Below are positions 13,426 through 24,337 of a DNA stretch of 64,000 nt, one piece after another (the stretch's first letter is position 1; the number at the start of each line of letters is the position of its first letter). The notes under the pieces are model-generated. The model searched no databases. It had not been told where the DNA came from and was given only the letters and a program-made list of their open reading frames with translations. Origin of the DNA: Mobula hypostoma (lineage: Eukaryota); assembly GCF_963921235.1 (NCBI RefSeq), contig NC_086107.1, positions 108,688,001 through 108,752,000 on the forward strand, written 5' to 3'. Made by a program: the position numbers and the translations under genes.

Positions 13426-15388
13426 ATGTGTCAACTTTTTGCGTTGTTCAATGGTTCATTGGTTACATTTTAATATCTGTATATAATTACATTAAATGTA
13501 TACAATATACACAACCTGAAATTCTTACTCTCTGCAGACTTCCTCGAAATAGAAGAAAAACCCAAAAGAATGAATGACAGACAAAACGTAAGAACCCCTG
13601 CTCCGCTCCCACGCACAAACAGCATCAACCCAACCCTCCTTCTCCTCCCCCCATTTATCCCAACAAAAAGCTTCAGCCTCCTCCCGTTCCCCCCCCCCCG
13701 CACCACCCACCATGCAAGAAACAGCAAAGCCCCAAAGAGAGACCATGGTCTACAGTCCATCAAAAACTACTGCTCATCTCAACAGTTTGGCACTCACTCT
13801 GTCACTAACAAGGGACAGAGATATCTCTCCTTCCACAGCAAGAGGGTCCCCACAGTACTGTTGGGGATAAAGTTTCAAGATTTGGACCGAGTGGCGATCG
13901 GTTGCTAAGTCAGTACGGCGTGTGACTTGGAGGGGAACCTGCAGGCAGTAGTGATCCAACGTACCTCTTCCTTTGCCCATCTTGGAGTCTTGGAGGTAGG
14001 GGCCATGGGTTTGGGAGAAGCTAGCCACAAAGACGAGGGATTCTGCAGATGCTGGAAATGCAGAGCCACACACACACACACACACAGCAGGAGGAACTTA
14101 GCAGGTCAGGCCGCACCTATGGAGGGGAATAAATATTTGACTGGGAGAAGCTCTCGGAGTAACCTGGATGAGAAACTGTTGTGCATTGTGTACATGGTGA
14201 TACTGCAGCCCCTCAGAGGTAGGAAAAATGAGTGTTTAATGCAGAGAATAGGGTATGGCTGATTAATCCTGAAGCAGTTATCAAATAAGAAATAGCAAAA
14301 AGAGCAGAACCCAGTACCAAACGCATTTTATGTAACCGCAAACAGTTCACCAGCAACTTTGATGTGTGTTGCATTTTATGTAAACTGCCTTGTACCTGCA
14401 GGCTGGAAGTTTAATTGATACACAAGATTTTAACGTGTTATATTTCAGTTGTGTCTTAGAAGCAAGACCTCCCAGCAGTAGAAAGATCGAGACATAACAT
14501 TTGTTAAGGCATGCTGTTATAATTAATCCGAGGGCAGAGAAATTTATACGCGTGTGTGTGTGTATATAAAATCGCCAGAAATAACTCTACATATTGAGTG
14601 TGGAGTCATGTACTGAACCTTTCAGATGAAGACTTGATTGAGCAAAATTGCCCTACTATACTGTTACAGCTCAGTATAATATCAATCAAACCTGTTTAAT
14701 ACTTCAATGTTTCTGGAACTTTGTGATTTTATTTCTTTTTTCCAGCCTCCACAATATTTCACTGTCATTTTTTTCCACTTAATACTTGGCTCAGTCAATA
14801 CCAAATGTTGGTGGCTGTCTGTTACATTTTCAGCTGTTCACGCGGATTCCAATACCACAGGCACTAGCCTCCCTACCATCGAGGACATCTTCGAAAGGCG
14901 ATGCTTCGCTGAGGTGCCGTCCATCACTAAGGGCCCCCTCCACCCAGAACCTGCCCTCTTCTCATTTCTGCCCTCAGGTAGGAGGGTACAGGAGCCTGAA
15001 GACACACGCTCAACATTTGAGGGACAGTTTCTTCCTAGCCATCAGATTTCTGAACGGACAATGAACCCGAGAACACTACCTCACTATTTTTGCACTACTT
15101 ATTTATTATATAATAAATATTATGTAGCATTATATTATATAAATATTATATAATAAATATGTGATTCAAAATAATAACTTACTATTTTTTTTCTTTCTGT
15201 ATTTGCACATTTTATTGTCTTCTGGACTCTGGTTGAACGCCCAAGTTGGACGGTCTTTCATTGATTCTGCTATAGTTATTATTCTATAGATTTATTGAGT
15301 ATGCCCACGGCAAAATGAATCTCAGGGTTGTATATGGTGACATATTTGTACTTTGATAATAAATTTACTTTGAACTTGACCTTATTTA

Positions 15389-15428
<40 letters not shown>

Positions 15429-15557
15429 CCTTCTAAAATAATTTATGTATTATTACACTGTACTGCTGCCACAAAACAATAAATTTCATGATATATGTCA
15501 GTGGTAATAAACCTGATTCTGATTTGAGATCTGTAGTGATGGTGATTCTTGTACCAG

Positions 15558-15689
15558 ACCAGTTACGACAAGGGAGCTGCTTCTCGGAGAAGGCACATAT
15601 CGCTGACGAAATTCATCACTACTATAATGAGCTCACACAGCATTTCACGGACAGAGGAAGGGAGGCCGAAAGCGCAAACTCAGCACAAG
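15558..15689 (+). CDS. Candidate internal exon (132 nt, symmetric)
   Basis: TTCTTGTACCAG| ... AAG|GTTCAT; open in two frames (QLRQGSCFSEKAHIADEIHHYYNEL... or TSYDKGAASRRR...); weak polypyrimidine tract. Confidence 0.25.
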
Positions 15690-16209
15690 GTTCATGGTCT
15701 GCTGGTCGGCAGTGATCCTTGTGCTTCTGGGACCTGGACTATATATGCCAGGCACCTGCAAACACTGTAGCGGTACCACTGATGCTATATCGCAAAACCC
15801 TCTATATCCATAATGAGACACTCAAAATGCTGGAGGAACTTAGGAGGTCAGACAACGTCTTATGGAAAGGAGCAAAGAGTTGATGTTTTAGACCAAGACA
15901 GGCACTAGACTACAGAAGTCAACACTTTATTCCAAACTGGTTTGCAGGAGGAGATCACTAGGCAGAAAAGAGCTAAAAGACATGCTCGAAATCTTCTGGA
16001 AGCAAATGCTACATCCCCAATGAACACAGGGAGTCCTATGTCCTATCAGAGTGGAGAAGTTGCATCTGAAATGGCACTTAGTTTGTGTTAGAAGCACACA
16101 GATGTCCAGTGAAACCGTCCGGAGGAGGAGACAATCTTGCAGGTTCAAGAATAGCTACTTCTCTTCAACCCATCCAGTTCTTGAACCAACTAGCACGGCC
16201 CTCATCATT

Positions 16210-17097
16210 GAACCAACTTGCACTAACTGGCACAGCCCGCATCGTTAAACCAACTTGTACCAACCGGCACAGGCCTCATCATTGAACCAACTTGTACCAA
16301 CTGGCACAGGCCTCATCATTGAACCAACTTGTACCAACTGGCACAGGCCTCATCATTGAACCAACTTGTACCAACTGGCACAGGCCTCATCATTGAACCA
16401 ACTTGTACCAACTGGCACAGGCCTCATCATTGAACCAACTTGTACCAACTGGCACAGGCCTCATCATTGAACCAACTTGTACCAACTGGCACAGGCCTCA
16501 TCATTGAACCAACTTGTACCAACTGGCACAGGCCTCATCATTGAACCAACTTGTACCAACTGGCACAGGCCTCATCATTGAACCAACTTGTACCAACTGG
16601 CACAGGCCTCATCATCGAACCAACTTGTACCAACTGGCACAGGCCTCATCATCGAACCAACTTGTACCAACTGGCACAGGCCTCATCATCGAACCAACTT
16701 GTACCAACTGGCACAGGCCTCATCATCGAACCAACTTGTACCAACTGGCACAGGCCTCATCATCGAACCAACTTGTACCAACTGGCACAGGCCTCATCAT
16801 CGAACCAACTTGTACCAACTGGCACAGGCCTCATCATCGAACCAACTTGTACCAACTGGCACAGGCCTCATCATCGAACCAACTTGTACCAACTGGCACA
16901 GGCCTCATCATCGAACCAACTTGTACCAACTGGCACAGGCCTCATCATCGAACCAACTTGTACCAACTGGCACAGGCCTCATCATCGAACCAACTTGTAC
17001 CAACTGGCACAGGCCTCATCATCGAACCAACTTGTACCAACTGGCACAGGCCTCATCATCGAACCAACTTGTACCAACTGGCACAGGCCTCATCATT
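16210..17097 (+). repeat. Minisatellite, 24 x 37 bp (GAACCAACTTGTACCAACTGGCACAGGCCTCATCATY)
   Basis: Head-to-tail units without spacers; explains the repetitive ORFs at 16514-17347. Confidence 0.97.
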
Positions 17098-17334
17098 AAA
17101 CCAACTGGCACTGCCCTCACCCTTACCTTATTATGGCAACACTATGACCAGTTTGGTCCCTTTGTACTATAAGGGACTCTTATTTATTTTAAGTTATATT
17201 CTCTCTTGTAAAAACTTGTGTATAATTAATGTTTTTCTTGTGAATGCCACTGATTTGATTCATGTCCCTGTGATGCTGCTGCGAGTACCCGTGCCTGTAC
17301 ATATGACAATAAATTTGACATTGACCTTGCTTGG

Positions 17335-17598
17335 TACAGTAGTGTAGTGGTTAGCACAACACACTGCAGTACAGAGGACTGGGGTTCAATTCCCACCACT
17401 GCCTGTAAAGAGCTTGTACGATCTCCCCATGACTGCATGGGTTTCCTGCCACAGTCCAAAGACGTACCGGTTGGAAGGTTAATTGGTCATTGTAAATTGC
17501 CCTGTGATTAGGCAAGGGTTAAATCGGGGGTTGCTAGGCAGCATGACTCGAACAGCTGGAAGGGCCTATTCTGCACTGTATCTCAATAAATAAATAAA
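17335..17598 (+). mobile_element. tRNA-derived V-SINE (HE1-like); other copies near 8225-8440, 19765-20030, 36115-36250(-), 41063-41320, 43545-43800, 59310-60430
   Basis: A box GTAGTGGTTAG, B box GGTTCAATTCC, central GGGTTTCC...CCACAGTCCAAAGAC domain, (TAAA)n tail. Confidence 0.8.
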
Positions 17599-18723
17599 CT
17601 ATCCTTCCAAATTTCTGCTTTGTGCCAGCTCCATCAGAACTAACAGAACTGGATTGGAAACAAGTTGTCTTCAAATTTTGGGTCTTTGGAGAAGATCTCC
17701 AGACCCCCATCAATGCTGAAAAGCACCCCTTTCATGTGCACCTTCCATAACCATAAGACTATAAAACATAAGAGAAGAAATTAGGCCATTTGGCCCATCA
17801 GGTTTGCTCTGCGATTCAATCATGGCGGATTTCCCCTCCTCAATCCCACTCCCCTGCCTTTTCCCCATAACCTTTGATGCCATGGCCAATCAAGAACCAA
17901 ATAAACTCTGCCTTAAATACATCTAATGACCTGGCCTCCACAGCTGCCTGTGGTAATAAATTCCACAAACTCACCACCCTAGCAATTGATTCCAACATCT
18001 TCCCAACAACAGAAGTCAGGCTAACTGGTCTATAATTTAATATAACTGGTCTATAATTTAATATAACTGGTCTATAATGCTGCCTTCCTCCTCTCTTAAA
18101 GAGTGGTGTGACATTTGCAATTTTCCAATCCTCTGGCACCATGCCAGAGTCCAAATATTTATTAAAGATCATTACTAATGCCTCCACAATCTCGACCACT
18201 ATCTCTTTCAGAACCCTGGGGTGCAGTTCATATGGCCTGGCTGACTTACGTTATTAAGGCATCCGTTAGTCTTGCGACACCATGGATCTGTGCCTGGAAA
18301 GTCTTCACTCTCCAGGGCGCAGGCCTGGGCAAGGTTGTATGGAAGACTGGCAGTTGTCCATGCTGCAAGTCTCCCCTCTCCACGACACCAATGTTGTCCA
18401 AGGGAAGGGCACTAGGACCCATACAGCTTGGCACCAGTGTTATCGCAGCAGGCCAGGCAGCATCTCTAGAAAGAGGTACAGTCGGCGTTTCTGGCCGAGA
18501 CCCTTCGTCAGGACTAACTGAAAGAAGAGCTAGTAAGAGATTTGAAAGTGGGAGGGGGAGGGGGAGATCTGAAATGATAGGAGAAGACGGGGGGGGCGCC
18601 GGGTGGGGGATGGACAGTACATTGGCAAAACAAACTAACACTACACAAACTAGTCTGTCCATCATTAATTGCTTTGCTCAGTCCCCGACACTGGCTTCCA
18701 ATTTAGAAATGGCTTCTTTTTAG

Positions 18724-18936
18724 AATTCTTGTCTTCAAATGGCAGCTCACCCTGTGCTGGTGAGAGAACAGGGCTTAGATCATGGCTTTCACAGTTTGCA
18801 AAGCGAAGAGGCTCAGAGGAATATTCACGTTGAAGACACATGTAAATTAGGCTACTTACAAGACAATCCTCCTTCTCATAATTCAGCAGAAGTATGCGTC
18901 TTTACAAATCTGCAAGAATTATGTGGTTTAAATTAA
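18724..18936 (+). CDS. Candidate 3' exon of the putative plus-strand gene
   Basis: Acceptor TTCTTTTTAG|; frame 0 NSCLQMAAHPVLV...LCGLN*, or phase 1 EFLSSNG...EEYSR*; AATAAA at 19316-19321. Confidence 0.25.
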   Translation, partial: NSCLQMAAHPVLVREQGLDHGFHSLQSEEAQRNIHVEDTCKLGYLQDNPPSHNSAEVCVFTNLQELCGLN

Positions 18937-19559
18937 CCTGGTGCCTTAAATCTTTCAAGCATCAGATTTCATTGGAATCCTCTTGCTCAACACTCACCAC
19001 TAATGCATCCCCTTGAGATTGCGTCTTGCTGAAGGGTAATCGGACTTGATAATACCTGTGTACACAGAACTTACATCAGTGCTCGGAATTCACCCGCGTA
19101 GTCACCGAGTCGGAAAGCAAGTTGGTCAGTGTATGTTCCATCGAGGAAGGGACCAGGGGGCAGTTGGAAGTTGGAAAACACAAGGCTGCATTTCTATAGC
19201 AACATTTCCAAGCACAGGACAACCCAAAAGAATTCCATACCCAGTCAAGTGCAGCTGAAATGCAGGAGGAAAGGCAAGTAAGTTGCACACATAAAGCTCG
19301 CAGAAAGTGAAACGCAATAAAATCTAGATCAGCATCTTATAACACAGTAGGAGGCCATTTGGCCTATTAGATTAATGCTGGCCCCCTTGGGAGTAATCCC
19401 ACCAGTTTCACGCCCTCTCTCTGGTACTCCTGCAATTTCTTGCATACTTGCCCATAAATCTTTTGGCTACAATCACATGGTAAGGGGTAATTCACAGCAG
19501 ACTTCCAGTGCATGTTTGACGTGCGGGAAGAAACCAATGGAATTAATTTAAATTAACCT

Positions 19560-20585
19560 TGTGCCAACTTCAATGGGACCCTACCAATAACAATCTTTCC
19601 TTCTTTCCTCCAACTCTCCACATTCCGCAGGGTTCACTGTCGCCATGACTCCCTTCTCCATTCGGCCCTCCCCACTGATCTTCAGACTGGAATTTACCCC
19701 TACAAGTTTGTCCCCTCACCTCCTCCCTCACCAGCATTTAGGCCCCAAACAGTCCTTCCAGATGACGGTGGTGTAGTGGTTAGCACAACACCTTACCGTA
19801 CCAGCAACCCGGGTTCAATTCTTCCTGCTGCCTGTAAGGGGGTTTCTGTGACCACATGGGTTTCCTCCAGGTGCTCTGGTTTCCTCCCACCATCGTACCA
19901 GTCAGAAGGTTAATTGATCATCGTAAATTGCCCGTGATTAGGCTAGGGTTAAATCAGGGGTTGCTCAGCAGTGTGTCTCAAAGGCCCAGGAGGACCTGCT
20001 CCATGATATATCTCAATAAATAAAAAAATAATTTCACCTGCAAGTCTATCAGGATCATCCACTGTATCCAGTGCTCCCAGTGTGCCCTCCTCTACATCAG
20101 CGAGACCCAATGTAGACCATGGGACCACTTCGTCAAGCACTTTCGCCCCATCCATCACAACAGGTAGGATTTTCCGTTGTCACCCATTTCAATTCTACTT
20201 CCCTTTCCCATTCTGATGTGTCAGTCTGTGGACTCCGCTACTGTCACCATGAGGCCTCTCTCAGGTTGGAGGAGCAACACCTCATATTCCGTCTGTGTGG
20301 CCTCCAACATGATGACATGAACAGTGATTCCTCTAAACTTCCAATAATCTCTCCCCTTACCCCCTTCTCTCTTTTCCAATTCTCCATTTTGGTTCCCCTC
20401 GTACCCCTTCCCTTTCTCCCATGGGCCACTCTCCTCTGCTATCAGATCTCTCCTTCTTCTTCAGCCCCTTTGCTTTTCCACCTATCACCTCCCAGCTCCT
20501 CACCTCATCCACCCCCACCTCCCCATCCACACACCTTCCCCCTCACCTGGCTTCACCTGTCACCTGCCAACTAGTACTGCTCCTT
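19560..20585 (+). mobile_element. Penelope-like element 3' part (GIY-YIG endonuclease relic), interrupted by a V-SINE
   Basis: FTCKS..IIHCIQCSQCALLYISET...THFNSTSLSHSD...LRLEEQHLIFRL; terminal repeat resumes near 21270-21440. Confidence 0.8.
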
Positions 20586-20596
20586 CCAAGGAGGGG

Positions 20597-21268
20597 AGGA
20601 GAAGATGGCGACACGACGCAGCGCGCACAGCTGCTCCGAATTGATATCGTATTTGTTAAATAGGGGCCGTGAACAATCCTGATTTGATGGAGGCGGACAT
20701 GAGAAGCACGGAGGAACATCTGCAGAAACTTCTGAAATGCCCGCTTCGCTGCCGCTGCTACTGTGCGATTGAGAATCTCCGGAGGGGAAGGCCCCAGATC
20801 CTCAGCTTTGCCTATTGCCTGTTGCTGGGGCCGGGGTCGAAGCGCTCGGCAGAGATGGTGCTCGGTGCTGGAGGGTTGGTCGGAGGCTCAAAGTTTTCGG
20901 ACGGACTCAGAGTCGGACTGTGGTTGGATGCTTCCAGGGTGTGGCATCAGCAAGTTTGCAGCGCTGGAAGCTCATGGCAGGGAGAGTTTCTCCCTTCAAC
21001 CGTCTGCGTGAGATGATGGGACTTCCGAGAGACTTTGAGACTTTTTTTTTACCGTGCCCATGGTCTGTTCTTTATCAAATTACGGTATTGCTTTGCACTG
21101 TTGTAACTATATGTTATAATTATGTGGTTTTTGTCAGTTTTTTTCAGTCTTGGTTTGTCTTGTGTTTCTGTGATATCATTCTGGAGGAACAAATTGTATC
21201 ATTTCTTAATGCATGCATTACTAAATGACAATAAAAGAGGACTGCATGTCCTCATAATCTAATCTAAT
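20597..21268 (+). mobile_element. Non-autonomous retroposon (AAGATGGCG head, (AATCT)n tail), copy 2
   Basis: Uninterrupted ~670-bp copy inserted in the Penelope-like element. Confidence 0.8.
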
Positions 21269-21867
21269 CCTTTCCCCCACACTCTGATTCTGGTTTCTTT
21301 CCCCTTCTTTTCCAATTCTCAGATCAGGCCTGAGACATCGGCTGCTTGTTCCCCTGCCTATCTGCTGCCTGACCTATTGAGTTCCTTCAGCATTGTGTGT
21401 GTGTTGGTCTGGATTTTCTGCCTTCTGCAGAATCTCCTGTGTCTAGGAATTAAAGGGAGAATGTGCAAACTCCACACAGACAGCATCAGAGACCAGGATC
21501 CTAGCAGTGGGACAGCAGCAGTGTTTCAGTAGCACCACCCGCTGCAGCCCCATCTGTTGATTGCAAGTTACATTTGAACCCCATAGTGGCTGTGAAATCT
21601 TCACCTCCACCCAAAGGGGGCTCTTTTTTAATTTTGGATCTGAACCACGGCATCCAACGGCAGTGCGGCACTCCCTCAGCAACCCAGTGGAGCGGGAGCT
21701 TGAAGGCTGGAGCTGAGGAATCTGGAGTGGAAGCTCATGCTTCAACCTTCTGGCTCAGAGTGTGGGGCAGAAGATTAAAGGCTGTAATTCCACAGAAACC
21801 TTAGAGGGTAATTTAAAATGACCGACCTATTGTTGGAATGTTAGAGGAAATCAGAAAATTAATCAAA

Positions 21868-22285
21868 ATCAAAGTTGCTGGTGAACGCAGCAGGCCAGGC
21901 AGCATCTCTAGGAAGAGGTACAGTCGGCGTTTCCAGCCAAGACCCTTTGTCAGGACTAACTGAAGAAAGAGCTAGTAAGAGATTTGAAAGTGGGAGGGGG
22001 AGGGGGAGATCCGAAATGATAGTAGACGGGGGAGGGGGAGGGGGGGATGGACAGTACATTGGCAAAACCCCCTCCTGTCTTCTCCTATCATATCGGATCT
22101 CCCCCTCCCCCTCCCACTTTCAAATCTCTTACTAGCTCTTCCTTCAGTTAGTCCTGATGAAGGGTCTCGGCCTGAAACGTCGACAGTACCTCTTCCTAGA
22201 GATGCTGCCTGGCCTGCTGCGTTCACCAGCAACTTTTATGTATGTTGCTTGAAATTCCAGCATCTGCAGACTTCCTCGTGTTTGC
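21868..22285. mobile_element. Inverted pair of Penelope-derived terminal repeats
   Basis: 21868-22030 is the reverse complement of about 22075-22236; mirror ORFs MLVNAAGQAASLG on both strands. Confidence 0.9.
22151..22184 (+). ncRNA. Minimal type I hammerhead ribozyme motif (Penelope-associated)
   Basis: GTC-CTGATGA-AGG gtctcgg CCT-GAAA-CG-TC^GAC: stem I, CUGAUGA core, stem II, GAAA, collapsed stem III, GUC cleavage triplet. Confidence 0.7.
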
Positions 22286-24337
22286 GTAATCAAAATCAGG
22301 TTTAATACCATTAGCACAAGTCCTGAAATTTGTTATACATTGCCATACATAATAATAAAAACTATAAATTACAATAAGTATATATTAAAAAAAGCTAAAT
22401 TAAGTAAGTAGTGCAAAAAGAGAGGGAAGAATACCGAGGTAGTGCTCGTGGTTTCACTGTCCATTCAGAAATCTGATGGCAGAGGGGAAGAAGCTGTTCG
22501 TGAATCATTGAGGCTTCTGGATCACCTTCCTGATGGTAGCAACGAGAAGGGGGGCATGTCCTGGGTGATGGGGTTCTTCATGATGGACACCGTCTTTTTG
22601 AGGCATTGCTTTTGGAGGATGTCCTCAGTACTTTGAAGTCTAGTCTCCATCCTGGTGCTTGCTAAGTTTAAAACTTACGGCAGCTTTTTCCAATCCTGTG
22701 CAATGGCCCTTCCATACTAGATTGTGATGCAGCTAGTTAGTTGCGTGGTGTATCTGTCCTACTGAAGGACCGGAGCTCGCAGTGGAAGTCCCTGAGGTCT
22801 CGGAGAACATAGAACAGTATAGTACAGCCATAAACACAACATATTTTGCAGACGCTGGAAATCTTGCATGCGCTCCCAAAGTGCTGGAGGAACTCAGCAA
22901 GTCAGGCAGCATCTATAGAAGGGAATAAACAGATGACGTATCGGGCCAAGATCCTTCTTCAGGACTAGAAAGGAAGGGGACAGTAGCCAGAATAAGAAGG
23001 TGGGTGGGTGGGGAAGTTCAGTACAGGCCAAGATGTTCTGCTGAACTTTCAGCCGACTCCACAAACAAAACAAAGTCTTCCATCCGACATAGCACATAAC
23101 CCTCCATTTTTCTTTCGTCCATGTCCCTCTCTCAGACTCTCTTAGATATCTCTCATACATCAGCCTCTATCTCCTGTGCATTCCAGTCACCTATCACTCT
23201 CGGTGTATCCCCCTAAACTTTCCTACAATCACCTTAAAAGGGCGTCCTCTGGTATCAGCCATTATCACCCTAGGAAAAGGGTGCTGGCTGACCACTCTAT
23301 CTACTCCTTTTATAATCTTATGCACCTCGATCAAGTCACCTCTCATCTTACTTCACTCCAAACAGAAAGGTCCAGCTTAAGTTCAATTTCAAGTTCAGTT
23401 TATTGTCATTCAACCATACTCATGTGTACAACCAAACAAGACAACATTCCTCTGGACCAAGGTGCACAACACAGTATAAATAACTCACACACATAAGAAC
23501 ATGAGAAGTAGGAGCAGGAGTAGACCGTCTGGCCCATCGAGTCTGCTCCACCATTCAATAAGATCATGGCTGATCTGGCCATGGACTCATCTCCACCTAC
23601 CTGCCTTTTCCCCACAACCTTTAATTCCCCCTACTATGCAAAAATCTATCCAACCTTGTCTTAAGTATATTTTCTGAGCTAGACTCCACTGCTTCATTGG
23701 GCAGAGAATTCCACAGACAAACTCTACTCATAACACATAAAGCAATATTACCACAAATAAGTTAAACGGATAATAAAATATATACCAGAAGATTAAAAAA
23801 TAAGCAGTATAAAGCTACTGGGGATTCATCCATGATGAAATCTGGGTGGAGGCAGAGAGTTCAGTAGTCTCACAGCCTGGAGGAAGAAGTTGTTTCCTAT
23901 CCTAACTGCTCTTGTCCTAGTACTTCCTGCCTGATAGTGGGAGGGGGGCACAAAGGGGTTGTTGGATGGATGGGAGGGATTATTGACAATGCTATGGGCC
24001 CTAGTCCTGATCTCCTGATAAATATCTCTGATGCAGTGTACAGTTTTGGTCACCAAATTACAGGAAGGATATTAGTAAGGTTGAAAGAGTGCAGAGAAGG
24101 TTTACAAGGACGTTGCCAGGACTTGAGAAAGTGAGTTACAGAGAAAGGTTGAATAGGTTAGGACTTTATTTCCTGGAGCGTAGAAGAATGAGGGGAGATT
24201 TGATAGAGGTATATAAAATTATGATGGGTATAGATAGAGTGAATGCAAGCAGGCTTTTTCCACTGAGGCAAGGGGAGAAAAAAAACCAGAGGACATGGGT
24301 CAAGGGTGAAGGGGGAAAAGTTTAAAGGAAACATTAG

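Noticed and set aside
16210..17097. CRISPR array (37-bp repeats) or repeat protein (ORFs of 182-277 aa)
   Set aside because: Units are contiguous with no spacers, there are no cas genes and the context is eukaryotic; ORFs open in all three frames only because the unit has no stop codon
17335..17410. tRNA genes at A/B-box sites
   Set aside because: No full cloverleaf; each continues into a SINE core and tail
18022..18078. 21-bp tandem triplication (NYRPVIL repeats)
   Set aside because: Local slippage within a dead CR1 fragment
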